A DNA stretch of 24,773 nt from Peptococcaceae bacterium (GCA_012523535.1 JAAYII010000131.1:1-24773); one strand, 5' to 3'; positions 8,179 to 17,799 are shown, counted from the first letter of the stretch. Notes: generated by a model from the letters alone, not told the origin. Translations and numbers: made by a program.

Positions 8179-10377
8179 ATGATGGGCAGAATCATTATTA
8201 TTTCCAACCGCTTGCCGGTTACTATAAAAAAAGATAACAACAAGCTTGAATACCATAAAAGCATCGGAGGTCTTGCCACAGGTTTGAAAAGTTACCATCA
8301 ACAGGCGGATAGTATTTGGGTAGGTTGGCCTGGTATCGCCACTGAGGAAATAAGTGAAAAAGAAAAAACGAAAATACAGAAAGAACTGCTTGATGTTTAC
8401 CAGTGTCTTCCTGTTTTTTTATCTAATGAAGAAATTGATAAATATTACAACGGTTTTTGCAATAAAACCATATGGCCCCTCTTTCATTATTTTACAAGCA
8501 AGACTCAATATGAATTGGAGACTTGGCAAGCTTACAAACAGGTAAATGAAAAATTTCTCCATGTCGTAGAACCTGTAATCGGCAGCAATGATATTATCTG
8601 GATACATGATTACCAACTGATGCTTTTGCCCAAAATGATCAAAGACAAATACCCTGACACCCAGATAGGTTATTTCTTGCACATCCCCTTTCCTTCCTTT
8701 GAAATCTTCCGCTTGCTTATTTGGCGGGAGGAAATACTGCGCGGCCTCCTGGGAGCAGACTTAATCGGATTTCACACTTATGACTATGTCCGCCATTTTT
8801 TAAGCTCCATACACCGCCTTTAGGGCCTGGAAAACAATATGAACCGGATAAGCTACGGAGACCGCTATATTCAAGTGGATGCCTTCCCCATGGGTATTGA
8901 TTATGATTTTTTTGCCAAACCCCGAAGCAATGATTCTCTTCCGGAAGAAGTTAAAGATATTATTGAACAAAAAAATGATATGCGCATGATATTATCTATA
9001 GATCGTCTGGATTACACCAAAGGCATTAAAGAGCGGCTCAAAGCATTCGGCCGCTTTCTAAGTCAAAACCCCCAGTACTTGGAAAAAGTCAGATTGAACC
9101 TGATAGTAGCCCCTTCCAGAATCGAAGTTGATTACTACGATGAACTAAGAAAAGAAATAAAAGAAGTTATCAGCACACTTAACGGAAAGTTCGGAACCTT
9201 TAGCTGGATGCCTGTTTGGTTCTTTTTCCGTTCCTTTTCCCAAGAGAGTTTAATTGCCCTTTACCGGCATTCAGACGTGTTATTGGTCACCCCGCTTAGA
9301 GACGGGATGAACTTGATTTGCAAAGAATATATTGCAACCAGAACAGATTATAAAGGTATGGTCGTTATAAGCGAAACGGCGGGGGCCGCCAGTGAACTGG
9401 GAGAAGCCGTGGTGGTTAATGCCAATGACTATGACGCCATCGCCCGCGGGTTGAAAAAAGCCCTTGAAATGCCCTTGAAAGAGAAGATTGCCAGAAACAA
9501 AATTATGCATCAGCGTATTCGACGCTACAATGTGGAAGTTTGGGCCAGTGATTTTTTAAATGCTCTTAAACGAACCGTTATGGATTCAACCCATTCCATT
9601 GCTCAAAGGAGTATTGAAAAGGACAGCAAACTTATAGAAACGGCCTACAAAAAAGCCCAAAAACGCGTTCTCTTTTTAGACTATGATGGTACCTTGATCG
9701 GTTATAAACCCAGACCCGAGCAAGCCAAACCGGATGATGAGTTAAGAGATTTGTTGCTTAAGTTGGTTAATGATCAAAAAAACACCGTGGTCATAATCTC
9801 CGGCCGCGAAAGAAACAATCTGGAAAAATGGTTTGGTCGTCTTAATCTACATATCATTGCCTCCCATGGCTTATGGATCAAACACCCCGGCCAGGAATGG
9901 ATCATGACCATACCCTTAGACAACACCTGGAAAGAATCCGTTCGTCATATTCTGCAGTTGTATACTGACCGGATTCCTGGATCGTTTATCGAGGAAAAAG
10001 AGTATTCTTTGGCCTGGCATTACCGGCAATGTGATCCCGGAATAATTACAGTGAAACTAACAGAGGTTAAGGAAACACTTCTTTCCATGATCCAATCGGC
10101 CACGCTTGAACTGCTTGAAGGCAACAAAGTCCTGGAAATCAAAGATAATAGGTTTAACAAAGGTATCGGTGCTTCAGCCTTTATTCAAAACCAAAATTAT
10201 GACTTTATTTTCGCGGTCGGTGATGATTTTACAGATGAAGATATGTTTTCAGCCCTGCCTCCGGAAGCTTTCACCGTTAAAATCGGCTTAGGCAATACTA
10301 ATGCCCGTTATTTCCTCAAATGTTGGCAATCCATGCGCCTTATCCTGCAAAAATTCGTCGACCTCAGTGCTTCATAA
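8179..10377 (+). pseudogene. otsA/otsB: Bifunctional trehalose-6-phosphate synthase/phosphatase (OtsA-OtsB fusion, GT20 + HAD) interrupted by an in-frame TAG at 8821-8823
   Basis: ATG 8179 with SD AAGGGGGG. Track ORFs 8035-8823 and 8839-10377 are in the same frame and join as ...FLSSIHRL*GLENNMNRISYGDR... (733 codons overall). GT20 motifs IIISNRLP, GGLATGL, WIHDYQLMLLP, FLHIPFPS, DRLDYTKGI and PLRDGMNL are present, as are HAD motifs FLDYDGTL, IISGR and VGDDFTDEDMF. Confidence 0.9.
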
Positions 10378-10403
10378 AGCATAGACTATCAGTATAGAAG
10401 CTC

Positions 10404-10432
10404 TTCAAAGGTCGGATTCTAAATAGTATAAT
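10404..10432 (+). promoter_or_regulatory. Internal sigma-A-like promoter for the GH65-pgmB pair
   Basis: TTCAAA (10404-10409), 17 nt, TATAAT (10427-10432), upstream of SD GGAGAGAGG and ATG 10465. Confidence 0.6.
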
Positions 10433-10464
10433 CTATAAAAACAAACAGGTGGAGAGAGGAAATC

Positions 10465-12801
10465 ATGAACATGTATGAGCCGATTAAAGAGACGGTTTAT
10501 GAAATTCAAAACATTAAGCTTGATCGGTATCATATATCTTTGAATGAAGTGCTATTCCACAACGCCAACGGCTATATCGGAGTTCGTTATGACTTTGAGG
10601 AAGGCTACCCAGAAGAATTTTGCTTTGTTCCCAGCCAGTATATTAATGGTTTCTATGATCTTACACCTATGAAACAAGCCGAAAATTTATTCGGCTTGGT
10701 TAAGGAAAAGCAAACCATGTTAAATATTGCAGATACCCAAACCATAAAACTCTTTTTGGGTGACGAACAATTCAGCATGTTTAGCGGTACAGTTCTTAAC
10801 AGCAAATTAAGAGTAGATATGGAAAAAGGGATAACCGTCCGTGAGGTGCATTGGCGTTCCCCCAAGGGAAAAGAAGTTCAATTAACCATTACTCGCATGA
10901 CTTCCTTTTACCAACTCTCCCTTTTCACCATTCAGTACGAAGTATTGCCCCTAAACTTTTCGGGCGAAATTCGCTTTGAATCCAGCCATAACGGGAATGT
11001 TGTAAATTATGTCGACCCGGAGGATCCCCGCATGGCCTGTGAATGGCTTCGTTACTTAAGACCGATTAGCTGTGAAATAAAAGATGGCGCTTCTTTTATC
11101 ACCTCCGCAACTTCCAGGTCGGGTCTGGAAGTCTGCAGTTGTGTTAAAAATATCTTGTCCCAAGATCATCAGCAAGAATTCGATATCGGTGACCACCTTA
11201 CAACTTGTAAACTTAAGACAAAAGCCAAAAAAGGCAAAAAGATTGAATTGATTAAATATGCGGTATTTTGCGATACCATACGCGCCAAGGATGCCAGAAA
11301 AAAAGCTGAGCTTGAAATTAAAAAAGCCTTAAGCGTTCCCTTGGATTATTTTTATCAAAAACAGAAAGAATACCTGGACGCTTATTGGCATAATTGCCGG
11401 GTTGAAATTGACGGAGATCCCGAATCCAACTTAAGTCTCCGTTACAGTCTTTATCAACTAATTCAGGCAGTCGGCAAAGACCGCTTTTGTAATGTTGCAC
11501 CTAAAGGTTTAAGCGGTGACGGCTATGAAGGCCAATATTTCTGGGATACAGAAACGTATATTCAACCTTTCCTTATCATTACCAATCCCGACCTGGCCAA
11601 AACCCTTTTGGAATACCGCTATGCAACCTTAGATTTGGCCAGAGAAAACGCCCGCATAATGGGTCACAGCAAAGGAGCCCTTTATCCCTGGCGCACAATT
11701 AGCGGACGTGAATGTTCCGGTTATTTTCCTTCCGGTTCGGCCCAATACCATATTAATGGAGATATTGCCTATGCTATCGTTGCCTATTACCTGGCAACCA
11801 AGGATCTTAATTTCATGTTGGAGAAAGGTGCCGAAATAATATGGGAGACAGCCCGCCTATGGCTGGATACAGGAAATTATAATCAAGGAAAATTCCATAT
11901 CAATGATGTGACAGGTCCGGACGAATATACCTGTATTGTAAATAATAATTACTATACCAATGCGGTTGCTCAGTATAATTTACAATGGGCGGTAAAGATC
12001 TATGAACTCCTTCAGTCATCCAAAGGTTTTAAAGCCCTGGTAGAAAAGATAAACTTAAAAGAAGAAGAAATCCAAGAATTTGCAAGGGCCGCTGCCAATA
12101 TGTATTTGCCCTACGATGAGAAGCTGAAAATCAATCCTCAAGACGACTCCTTTCTACAAAAAAGAAAATGGAACCTTGACAGTATTCCTAAGGAGAAATT
12201 CCCCTTGTTACTTCATTATCATCCACTGCATCTATATCGCCATCAAATATGCAAACAGGCCGATACAGTTATGGCCCATTTTATCCTGGAAGATATAGCA
12301 GACCCGGAAACAATCTACAATTCATTTCATTATTACGAAAAAATAACAACTCATGATTCATCTCTTTCCTACTGTATTTTCAGTATTGTAGCCGCCCGTT
12401 TGGGGTTGGTGGAAAAGGCCTATGATTATTATCAAATTACAGCCAATTTGGACTTGCAAGATAAACATCGCAATACCGAAGACGGTATCCATGTCGCCAA
12501 TATGGGAGGCAACTACATGGCTATTGTCTATGGTTTTGGCGGTTTTCGCCTCAAGGAACAAGGTATTTCCCTGGCCCCGGTTTTGCCGGCTAAATGGAAA
12601 GGCTACAGTTTTAAGTTTTGCTATGAAGGCAGCAGAATTGCAATGGAAGTCAAACCGGATCACTGCCTTCTAAAGCTGGAAAAAGGCAAGCCCAAACATA
12701 TAAAAGTCTATGGGCAATCTTATCTGTTGGAGGATACCCTTTATATCAGCAGACCTTCGCAGGGAATGAATGTTGCTCACACCGAACAAACCCAAGAATA
12801 A
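10465..12801 (+). CDS. Glycoside hydrolase family 65 phosphorylase (trehalose, trehalose-6-phosphate, kojibiose or maltose phosphorylase class)
   Basis: 778 aa. LFHNANGYIGVR, KGLSGDGYEGQYFWDTE, GALYPWRTISGRECS, AQYHINGDIAYA, VTGPDEY (catalytic Glu region), KQAD, HDSSLS and DGIHVANMGG are characteristic GH65 blocks. Confidence 0.93.
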   Translation: MNMYEPIKETVYEIQNIKLDRYHISLNEVLFHNANGYIGVRYDFEEGYPEEFCFVPSQYINGFYDLTPMKQAENLFGLVKEKQTMLNIADTQTIKLFLGDEQFSMFSGTVLNSKLRVDMEKGITVREVHWRSPKGKEVQLTITRMTSFYQLSLFTIQYEVLPLNFSGEIRFESSHNGNVVNYVDPEDPRMACEWLRYLRPISCEIKDGASFITSATSRSGLEVCSCVKNILSQDHQQEFDIGDHLTTCKLKTKAKKGKKIELIKYAVFCDTIRAKDARKKAELEIKKALSVPLDYFYQKQKEYLDAYWHNCRVEIDGDPESNLSLRYSLYQLIQAVGKDRFCNVAPKGLSGDGYEGQYFWDTETYIQPFLIITNPDLAKTLLEYRYATLDLARENARIMGHSKGALYPWRTISGRECSGYFPSGSAQYHINGDIAYAIVAYYLATKDLNFMLEKGAEIIWETARLWLDTGNYNQGKFHINDVTGPDEYTCIVNNNYYTNAVAQYNLQWAVKIYELLQSSKGFKALVEKINLKEEEIQEFARAAANMYLPYDEKLKINPQDDSFLQKRKWNLDSIPKEKFPLLLHYHPLHLYRHQICKQADTVMAHFILEDIADPETIYNSFHYYEKITTHDSSLSYCIFSIVAARLGLVEKAYDYYQITANLDLQDKHRNTEDGIHVANMGGNYMAIVYGFGGFRLKEQGISLAPVLPAKWKGYSFKFCYEGSRIAMEVKPDHCLLKLEKGKPKHIKVYGQSYLLEDTLYISRPSQGMNVAHTEQTQE

Positions 12802-12830
12802 TAAGTTAAACTCAGGATGGTGGCCGCTCT

Positions 12831-13466
12831 ATGAAATATCAAGCTGTTATCTTCGATCTGGACGGTGTTATTTGCCATACTGACCATTACCATTATTTGG
12901 CCTGGAAAAAAATTGCCGATGAAATAGGTGTCCATTTCGACAAAACGATAAATAACCGTCTCCGTGGTATCGGCCGGATGGAAAGCCTGGAAATCCTATT
13001 GGGTGCTCGAAGTGGCGAGTTTTCATTGCAAGCTAAAGAGGAATTAGCCACAAAAAAGAATGAATACTACCGCCAACTACTACAAACCATGACGATGCAA
13101 GACTTAGATCCGGAAATAAAAAAAACTTTGGATATAATAAAAGCCCGAGGCCTCAAACTGGCCATCGGGTCTTCCAGTAAAAACGCCAAATTAATTTTAA
13201 AGCAAATTGGTTTGGAAAACTACTTTGACGCTGTCTCGGACGGTACGATTATCTCCCGTTCCAAACCGGATCCTGAAGTATTTTTGAAGGCAAGCGCCAT
13301 GTTGGGAGTCAAACCGGAATACTGCTTAGTGGTTGAAGACGCTAAATCAGGCTTGGAAGCAGCAAAGGCCGCCAACATGGATTCAGCGGCTATTGGTGAT
13401 GCGGTAAAATCGGGGCTGGCCGATTACCAATTGAAAACACTATCTGATTTGCTGCTTTATTTATAA
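12831..13466 (+). CDS. pgmB: Beta-phosphoglucomutase (HAD family)
   Basis: FDLDGVICHT, HYLAWK, NNRLRGIGRMESL, IGSSSKNA, SKPDPEVFL and VEDAKSG; adjacent to a GH65 gene as expected. Confidence 0.93.
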   Translation: MKYQAVIFDLDGVICHTDHYHYLAWKKIADEIGVHFDKTINNRLRGIGRMESLEILLGARSGEFSLQAKEELATKKNEYYRQLLQTMTMQDLDPEIKKTLDIIKARGLKLAIGSSSKNAKLILKQIGLENYFDAVSDGTIISRSKPDPEVFLKASAMLGVKPEYCLVVEDAKSGLEAAKAANMDSAAIGDAVKSGLADYQLKTLSDLLLYL

Positions 13467-14470
13467 TGGCCTTCAGCCCGTTCTCTAATTGAATCTAAGG
13501 CCATATAAGCGGCACCCAACAAAGGTGTATTTTCTTCCAAAATTAGAAATACGGGTATTTCTTCCAGCAATTGTTTGAACCTTCCTTTATCCGTAAAAGC
13601 GTCCTGAAGGGTGCCGTCTTTTAATTTATCTACAATTTTCGGCGGGATCCCTCCCCCCAAGTAAACCCCTCCTTTAGCCAGGGATTTTAAAGCTAAATTT
13701 CCTGCTTCGGCACCCAGGATGCGCACAAAAGTATGCAAAGCTGCCATACATAACGGACATTCCTTAACCAAAGCCCGGGAACTGATTTCCTCCGGAGACA
13801 ACATTTGCATGCCATTTTCCGAACAGGTCCCCCTGCCCTCCTGTCGCTGCAAAAAGCAATAGATATTTACAAGCCCATTACCGGAAAGAACCCGTTCATA
13901 ACTAACGTGTCCATACTTGTGGTGTAAAAAACGCCATAGTTCAAGGTCCTCTTTAGTCTGGGGGGCAAAGTCGGCATGAGCACCTTCCGTGGCATAAACC
14001 CGGCCTTCAATAATAAGCGATTCCCCAAGACCCGTACCAGGAGCGATTACCGCTTTATTCAAAGATTTATTATTTGATTCTCTGGACAAGGGTTTACCTC
14101 TAAGCAATAAAAAAGCCTGATCCGGTAAAAAGGAAATACCGTGGCCCAAAGCTACAAGATCATTGCACCAACCCATCACCGGTATAAAAGCCAGCTGTTC
14201 TCGCAAGTCGTTTAAGTCAACCGTCAAATCCAAATTGGTAAAGCGGCAATTATTCCCGGTAATCGGCCCGGCTAGACTGAACCAGGCAGCCTCTATTTTT
14301 TCGGACTGCCGGAGATTATTGTTAGCAAGATAGTCGGAAACCGCCTCTGCCAAAGAAGAAAGCGTTTTACTGGGGAATTTGCACAGGTCAACCATTACCA
14401 ACCGGTCATTGTCCTGCCGGAAAAGAGCAAACCTGGCATTTGTTCCACCGATATCTACCGCTAAAATCAC
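13457..14470 (-). CDS. glk: Glucokinase (Glk family, non-ROK)
   Basis: GTG start. DIGGTNARFA, CNDLVALGHG, IAPGTGLGES, EGAHADFAP, SYERVLSGNGL, AEAGNLALK and GGVYLGGGIPPKI. The 3' end overlaps pgmB by 10 nt. Confidence 0.92.
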   Translation of the reverse strand: MILAVDIGGTNARFALFRQDNDRLVMVDLCKFPSKTLSSLAEAVSDYLANNNLRQSEKIEAAWFSLAGPITGNNCRFTNLDLTVDLNDLREQLAFIPVMGWCNDLVALGHGISFLPDQAFLLLRGKPLSRESNNKSLNKAVIAPGTGLGESLIIEGRVYATEGAHADFAPQTKEDLELWRFLHHKYGHVSYERVLSGNGLVNIYCFLQRQEGRGTCSENGMQMLSPEEISSRALVKECPLCMAALHTFVRILGAEAGNLALKSLAKGGVYLGGGIPPKIVDKLKDGTLQDAFTDKGRFKQLLEEIPVFLILEENTPLLGAAYMALDSIRERAEGHYK

Positions 14471-14571
14471 AAACCATCACCCTGCATTTATATTCTACAT
14501 ATTATATATGCTTTTTCCAAGTCAAATCTAGCCTCGTGAATTTAACATTTAGACAAGTTTAATGGCAAAAG

Positions 14572-14604
14572 AAGAAGGTGTCTTTAAATTGAAAACACCT
14601 TCTT
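14572..14604 (-). terminator. Terminator of the TRAP operon
   Basis: AAGAAGGTGT...ACACCTTCTT 10-bp stem followed on the minus strand by CTTTT. Confidence 0.75.
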
Positions 14605-14682
14605 AAATAGTAGATCTATTTATTCTCCCTCTTTAAATCTTTTCATAATTTGACGGAAAGCTGGTTTTTGATAAATCGAGGG

Positions 14683-15237
14683 TCAATTATTCGTGTCTTT
14701 GGGCTTTGGAATCAACATACCATAGTCTTCCGTTACCTGCTCATTCCACTCGTTATTTTTTATTGCCCCGAAAATATAAATGGTATCTATAAGCAAGATA
14801 ATGGCAAAGAAATACATAGCGATCGATTCCACAGTATAGAACGGCCAGAGTGGGATATGCAAGATCCCGGTTATCTGGTTCATTTTCATGGCGGTCATTG
14901 ATTGCGTCCAAGCGGCGTGAGCGGCATAAGCCGTAGTTCCTACAGAAATGATGCTTGTAAGACCAAGTGATAACAGGCGTGTGAAACGCGGAAAGCGTTC
15001 AATAAGGATCATCATATTAATATGCGCCTTTTTGGTCTGGGCGTAGGCGAAAGAAGCAAAAACCGCAACGACCATGCATCGTTCAACTAGTTCATAAGAT
15101 CCTTCGATTGGCGTACCGAACAGTTTATCCAGTGCGACGTCAGCTACGCAGAGGACGATGATAGCTATATAACCGATGGCGCTAACTGCGCCAACTCCCT
15201 CGGCACAACGGTAAAAAAATCTTTTAATCTTTTCCAT
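14683..15237 (-). CDS. dctQ: TRAP transporter small permease (DctQ family)
   Basis: Four predicted TM segments; VADVALDKLFGTPIEGSYELVE...FASFAYAQTKKAHINM and LHIPLWPFY are DctQ-like; SD GGAGG. Confidence 0.85.
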   Translation of the reverse strand: MEKIKRFFYRCAEGVGAVSAIGYIAIIVLCVADVALDKLFGTPIEGSYELVERCMVVAVFASFAYAQTKKAHINMMILIERFPRFTRLLSLGLTSIISVGTTAYAAHAAWTQSMTAMKMNQITGILHIPLWPFYTVESIAMYFFAIILLIDTIYIFGAIKNNEWNEQVTEDYGMLIPKPKDTNN

Positions 15238-15250
15238 GTCATCGCCTCCG

Positions 15251-16558
15251 TTATTCGTTAAAAATCAAATCTGGTAAGAATGTTGCGAGGTCTGGCCAGA
15301 AGGTAAGGATAGCGATCATAACCAAAATGGTTATAATGTAAGGTACAGCGCCCCGGTAGATGGTTCCTAACGGCACATCTTTAGCAATTCCCGCGAGGAT
15401 AAAGCAAGCAAGACCAACCGGCGGTGCGATTGCACCCATTTCCATGCAAAGAACTACATAAACTCCGAACCAGATCGGGGAAAAGTCAAGTCCCATAGCA
15501 ATGGGCAGGAAGATCGGAACTGTCATCATCATCATCGGCAGTTCGTCCATAACGGCACCGAGTATGAGATAAATAATTGTCATGATCAGGATAATTACAT
15601 ATTTGGAAACATCCAATCCCGCAATCATGCTCGCCAATTTCTCTGGAAATCCTGTGATATTCAGGAACGTACAGAAAACGGCAGCACCAATAATAATTAA
15701 AAAGGTCATAGCTGAAGTCTGAACTGATTTTTGCATAATGTCAACAAAGTTTTTCCATGTTAAGCGACCTTTTATAGCAGTAATAATTGCAGCCGTTAGT
15801 GCACCAAGAGCTGACGCTTCATTAACGGTGAAAAGACCGGAAAACATTCCGCCAAGTACAACGAGGAAAAGGATAAGAATAGGTATAATTTCAATAATAG
15901 TTTTAAACCGTTCAATCCATGGTGTTTTATGCGGTGGCGGGCAAAGGTTAGGTTTTATTGTAACCATAATGATAATGGTGATAATTGTCAGTACAAGCAG
16001 AATTATAGCAGGTATAATACCAGCCGCAAAAAGACGGCCAATGGATTGTTCAGCAACAATTCCATATACAATAAGAAGAGTGCTTGGTGGAATTAAATTT
16101 CCGAGCGCACCGCCCATGGCCACACTTCCCGTTGCCAACCTGTCGTCATAACCATATTTACGCATTTCCGGTATGGCAATGGTGCCCATTGTCGCCGTTG
16201 TGGCCGCGATGCTACCGCAAATAACATGAAAACCGGTACTGGCTGCTACAGTGCTGCAGGCAAGATTACCCGGAAGTCTGCTAAGCCATTTGTTGCAAAA
16301 ATTATAAAGACCGTTAGACAGCCCAGCATGAAATGTAAAATTTCCCATGATAATAAACATTGGTATGACCATAAGGGCGTAAGTTCCCGCTTGAGAGGCA
16401 GGAAGGGATCGCAATAAGCCAAGTGCAGCCGATGGTGACACTGCAAGGGCATAACCTATAGTACCGACCAGTAGAAGGGAAATACCTATATTCATGCCAA
16501 GCAAGATGAGAACCAGGAAAGCTACAATTCCGAGTACAGCAAGGGTCATCATGCTCAT
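15251..16558 (-). CDS. dctM: TRAP transporter large permease (DctM family)
   Basis: Start reassigned to ATG 16558 (SD AAAGGAG). LMVIPMFIIMG, GSIAATTATMGTIAIPEMRKYGY, LGNLIPPSTLLIVYG, SIGRLFAAGIIP, FTVNEASALG and IAPPVG. Confidence 0.92.
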   Translation of the reverse strand: MSMMTLAVLGIVAFLVLILLGMNIGISLLLVGTIGYALAVSPSAALGLLRSLPASQAGTYALMVIPMFIIMGNFTFHAGLSNGLYNFCNKWLSRLPGNLACSTVAASTGFHVICGSIAATTATMGTIAIPEMRKYGYDDRLATGSVAMGGALGNLIPPSTLLIVYGIVAEQSIGRLFAAGIIPAIILLVLTIITIIIMVTIKPNLCPPPHKTPWIERFKTIIEIIPILILFLVVLGGMFSGLFTVNEASALGALTAAIITAIKGRLTWKNFVDIMQKSVQTSAMTFLIIIGAAVFCTFLNITGFPEKLASMIAGLDVSKYVIILIMTIIYLILGAVMDELPMMMMTVPIFLPIAMGLDFSPIWFGVYVVLCMEMGAIAPPVGLACFILAGIAKDVPLGTIYRGAVPYIITILVMIAILTFWPDLATFLPDLIFNE

Positions 16559-16584
16559 AAAATAAAAGAGCTCCTTTCGAGTTA

Positions 16585-16619
16585 ATGGAACAGGTTGCAA
16601 AGGCTGCAACCAGTTCCAT
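16585..16619. other. Intercistronic stem-loop between dctP and dctM
   Basis: ATGGAACAGGTTGCA-aaggc-TGCAACCAGTTCCAT near-perfect 15-bp stem with no U tract. This fits an mRNA-stabilising or attenuating element that raises binding-protein levels over permease levels. Confidence 0.65.
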
Positions 16620-16655
16620 AAACAACTTTATTTTGCTTTGAACATTGCTTATGTC

Positions 16656-17741
16656 TTATCTTTTATATTTCTCCGTTAATTCCAAAGATTTATTGAGATA
16701 AGCTTGAGCGTCAAATCCGCCTTTTGAATTTTGTTGAACCCAAGTTTGAGCGTATTGGTCTGCAATAGCCTTAAATTCAGCAATTGCTTCGGGTGATGGA
16801 TTGACAATTTCTACGTTTTTGGTTGCTTCCATAATAGCTTTTTTGGATTCTTCTGCTGCTTCATAGAAAATATTACCGAATTCAATCGAGCCCTGACGGC
16901 CTGTTGTCTCGGTCAGAACATCTTTATACTCCTGCGGCAGGCTTTCCCATTTTTCCTTGTTCATGCCAAGAATGAAGACACCTTCATAAATGGGCATACC
17001 TTCCATGTAGTATCTTAGCTGTTCATAAAGTTTAAAAGCTTCGATACCCTGCCATTCCCAAGATGTACCGTCTATATTGCCTTTTTGAAGGGCATCATAG
17101 GCATCTCCGGCTGCAACCACTTCAGGCGAAGCACCCCAGAGCTTCATGACTTCTGTCATAGCACCTGCAGGACAACGCAGTTTCATGCCTTTGATATCGG
17201 CGAGGGTATTAATAGGCTTTTTCGTTGTAGAAATAAAGTTTACAGGGTTTCCATACATTGTGAGGAGATGAACCTTGGAATCAATTTCCTGTTGCAACTC
17301 AGGTGTGGGCTCATAAAGATCCCAGAGCACTTCGGCAGTCTGAGCCGGATGAGTTGGGCCGTTCATCGGCAGTGCGACGACTTCAGTCAAAGAAAATTGT
17401 CCCGGGAAGAACATGGTGTAAAGCCAACCGATATCGGCTGTACCATCCATGACAAAGTTCAGTGCTTCAGGTCCGGGGGCAAGTGAACCGCTGCCGAAGA
17501 GCTTAATGGTCAGGCCACCGTTTGTTTTTTCGCTGACCTCATCGGCCCAGGCTTGCATTGCCTGTGCAATACGAGAAGTGACAGGGTCGTGGAGGGTTAA
17601 TGAAAGTTGAATCTTGGGAAGATCTCCTCCTGCTGCACCTCCGTTGTCAGTGCCCTTTCCGCCTGAACCACCGCAACCGGGCAGGACCAGTGCAGTAACC
17701 AAGAGCAGAACAAGCACCAGTACAAAAGACTTTTTCCTCAT
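16656..17741 (-). CDS. dctP: TRAP transporter substrate-binding lipoprotein (DctP family)
   Basis: Signal peptide MRKKSFVLVLVLLLVTALVLPG-C (lipobox-like) and Gly-rich linker. AWADEVSEKTNGGLTIKLFGSGSL, DGTADIGW, DIKGMKLR (conserved Arg) and YDALQKGNIDG. Confidence 0.92.
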   Translation of the reverse strand: MRKKSFVLVLVLLLVTALVLPGCGGSGGKGTDNGGAAGGDLPKIQLSLTLHDPVTSRIAQAMQAWADEVSEKTNGGLTIKLFGSGSLAPGPEALNFVMDGTADIGWLYTMFFPGQFSLTEVVALPMNGPTHPAQTAEVLWDLYEPTPELQQEIDSKVHLLTMYGNPVNFISTTKKPINTLADIKGMKLRCPAGAMTEVMKLWGASPEVVAAGDAYDALQKGNIDGTSWEWQGIEAFKLYEQLRYYMEGMPIYEGVFILGMNKEKWESLPQEYKDVLTETTGRQGSIEFGNIFYEAAEESKKAIMEATKNVEIVNPSPEAIAEFKAIADQYAQTWVQQNSKGGFDAQAYLNKSLELTEKYKR

Positions 17742-17770
17742 TTTTTTCCTCTCCTATTTTTTTGTTTTAT

Positions 17771-17799
17771 ATTATATATTAACGGATTGCTCCGTCAAT
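17771..17799 (-). promoter_or_regulatory. Promoter of the TRAP operon with an overlapping operator-like inverted repeat
   Basis: Minus strand TTGACG (17798-17793), 16 nt, TATAAT (17776-17771). The inverted repeat ATTAACGGA-ttgc-TCCGTCAAT (17778-17799, 8/9 match) overlaps the -35 and spacer. Confidence 0.7.

Noticed and set aside
8821-8823. Genome-wide TAG recoding as the explanation for the amber
   Set aside because: Three other genes in the window end at TAG at their expected C-termini, and no other internal TAG was found in intact genes. Kept only as a testable option.
16559-16609. Track start at 16609 for dctM
   Set aside because: It overlaps the intercistronic hairpin and has no SD. ATG 16558 follows AAAGGAG.
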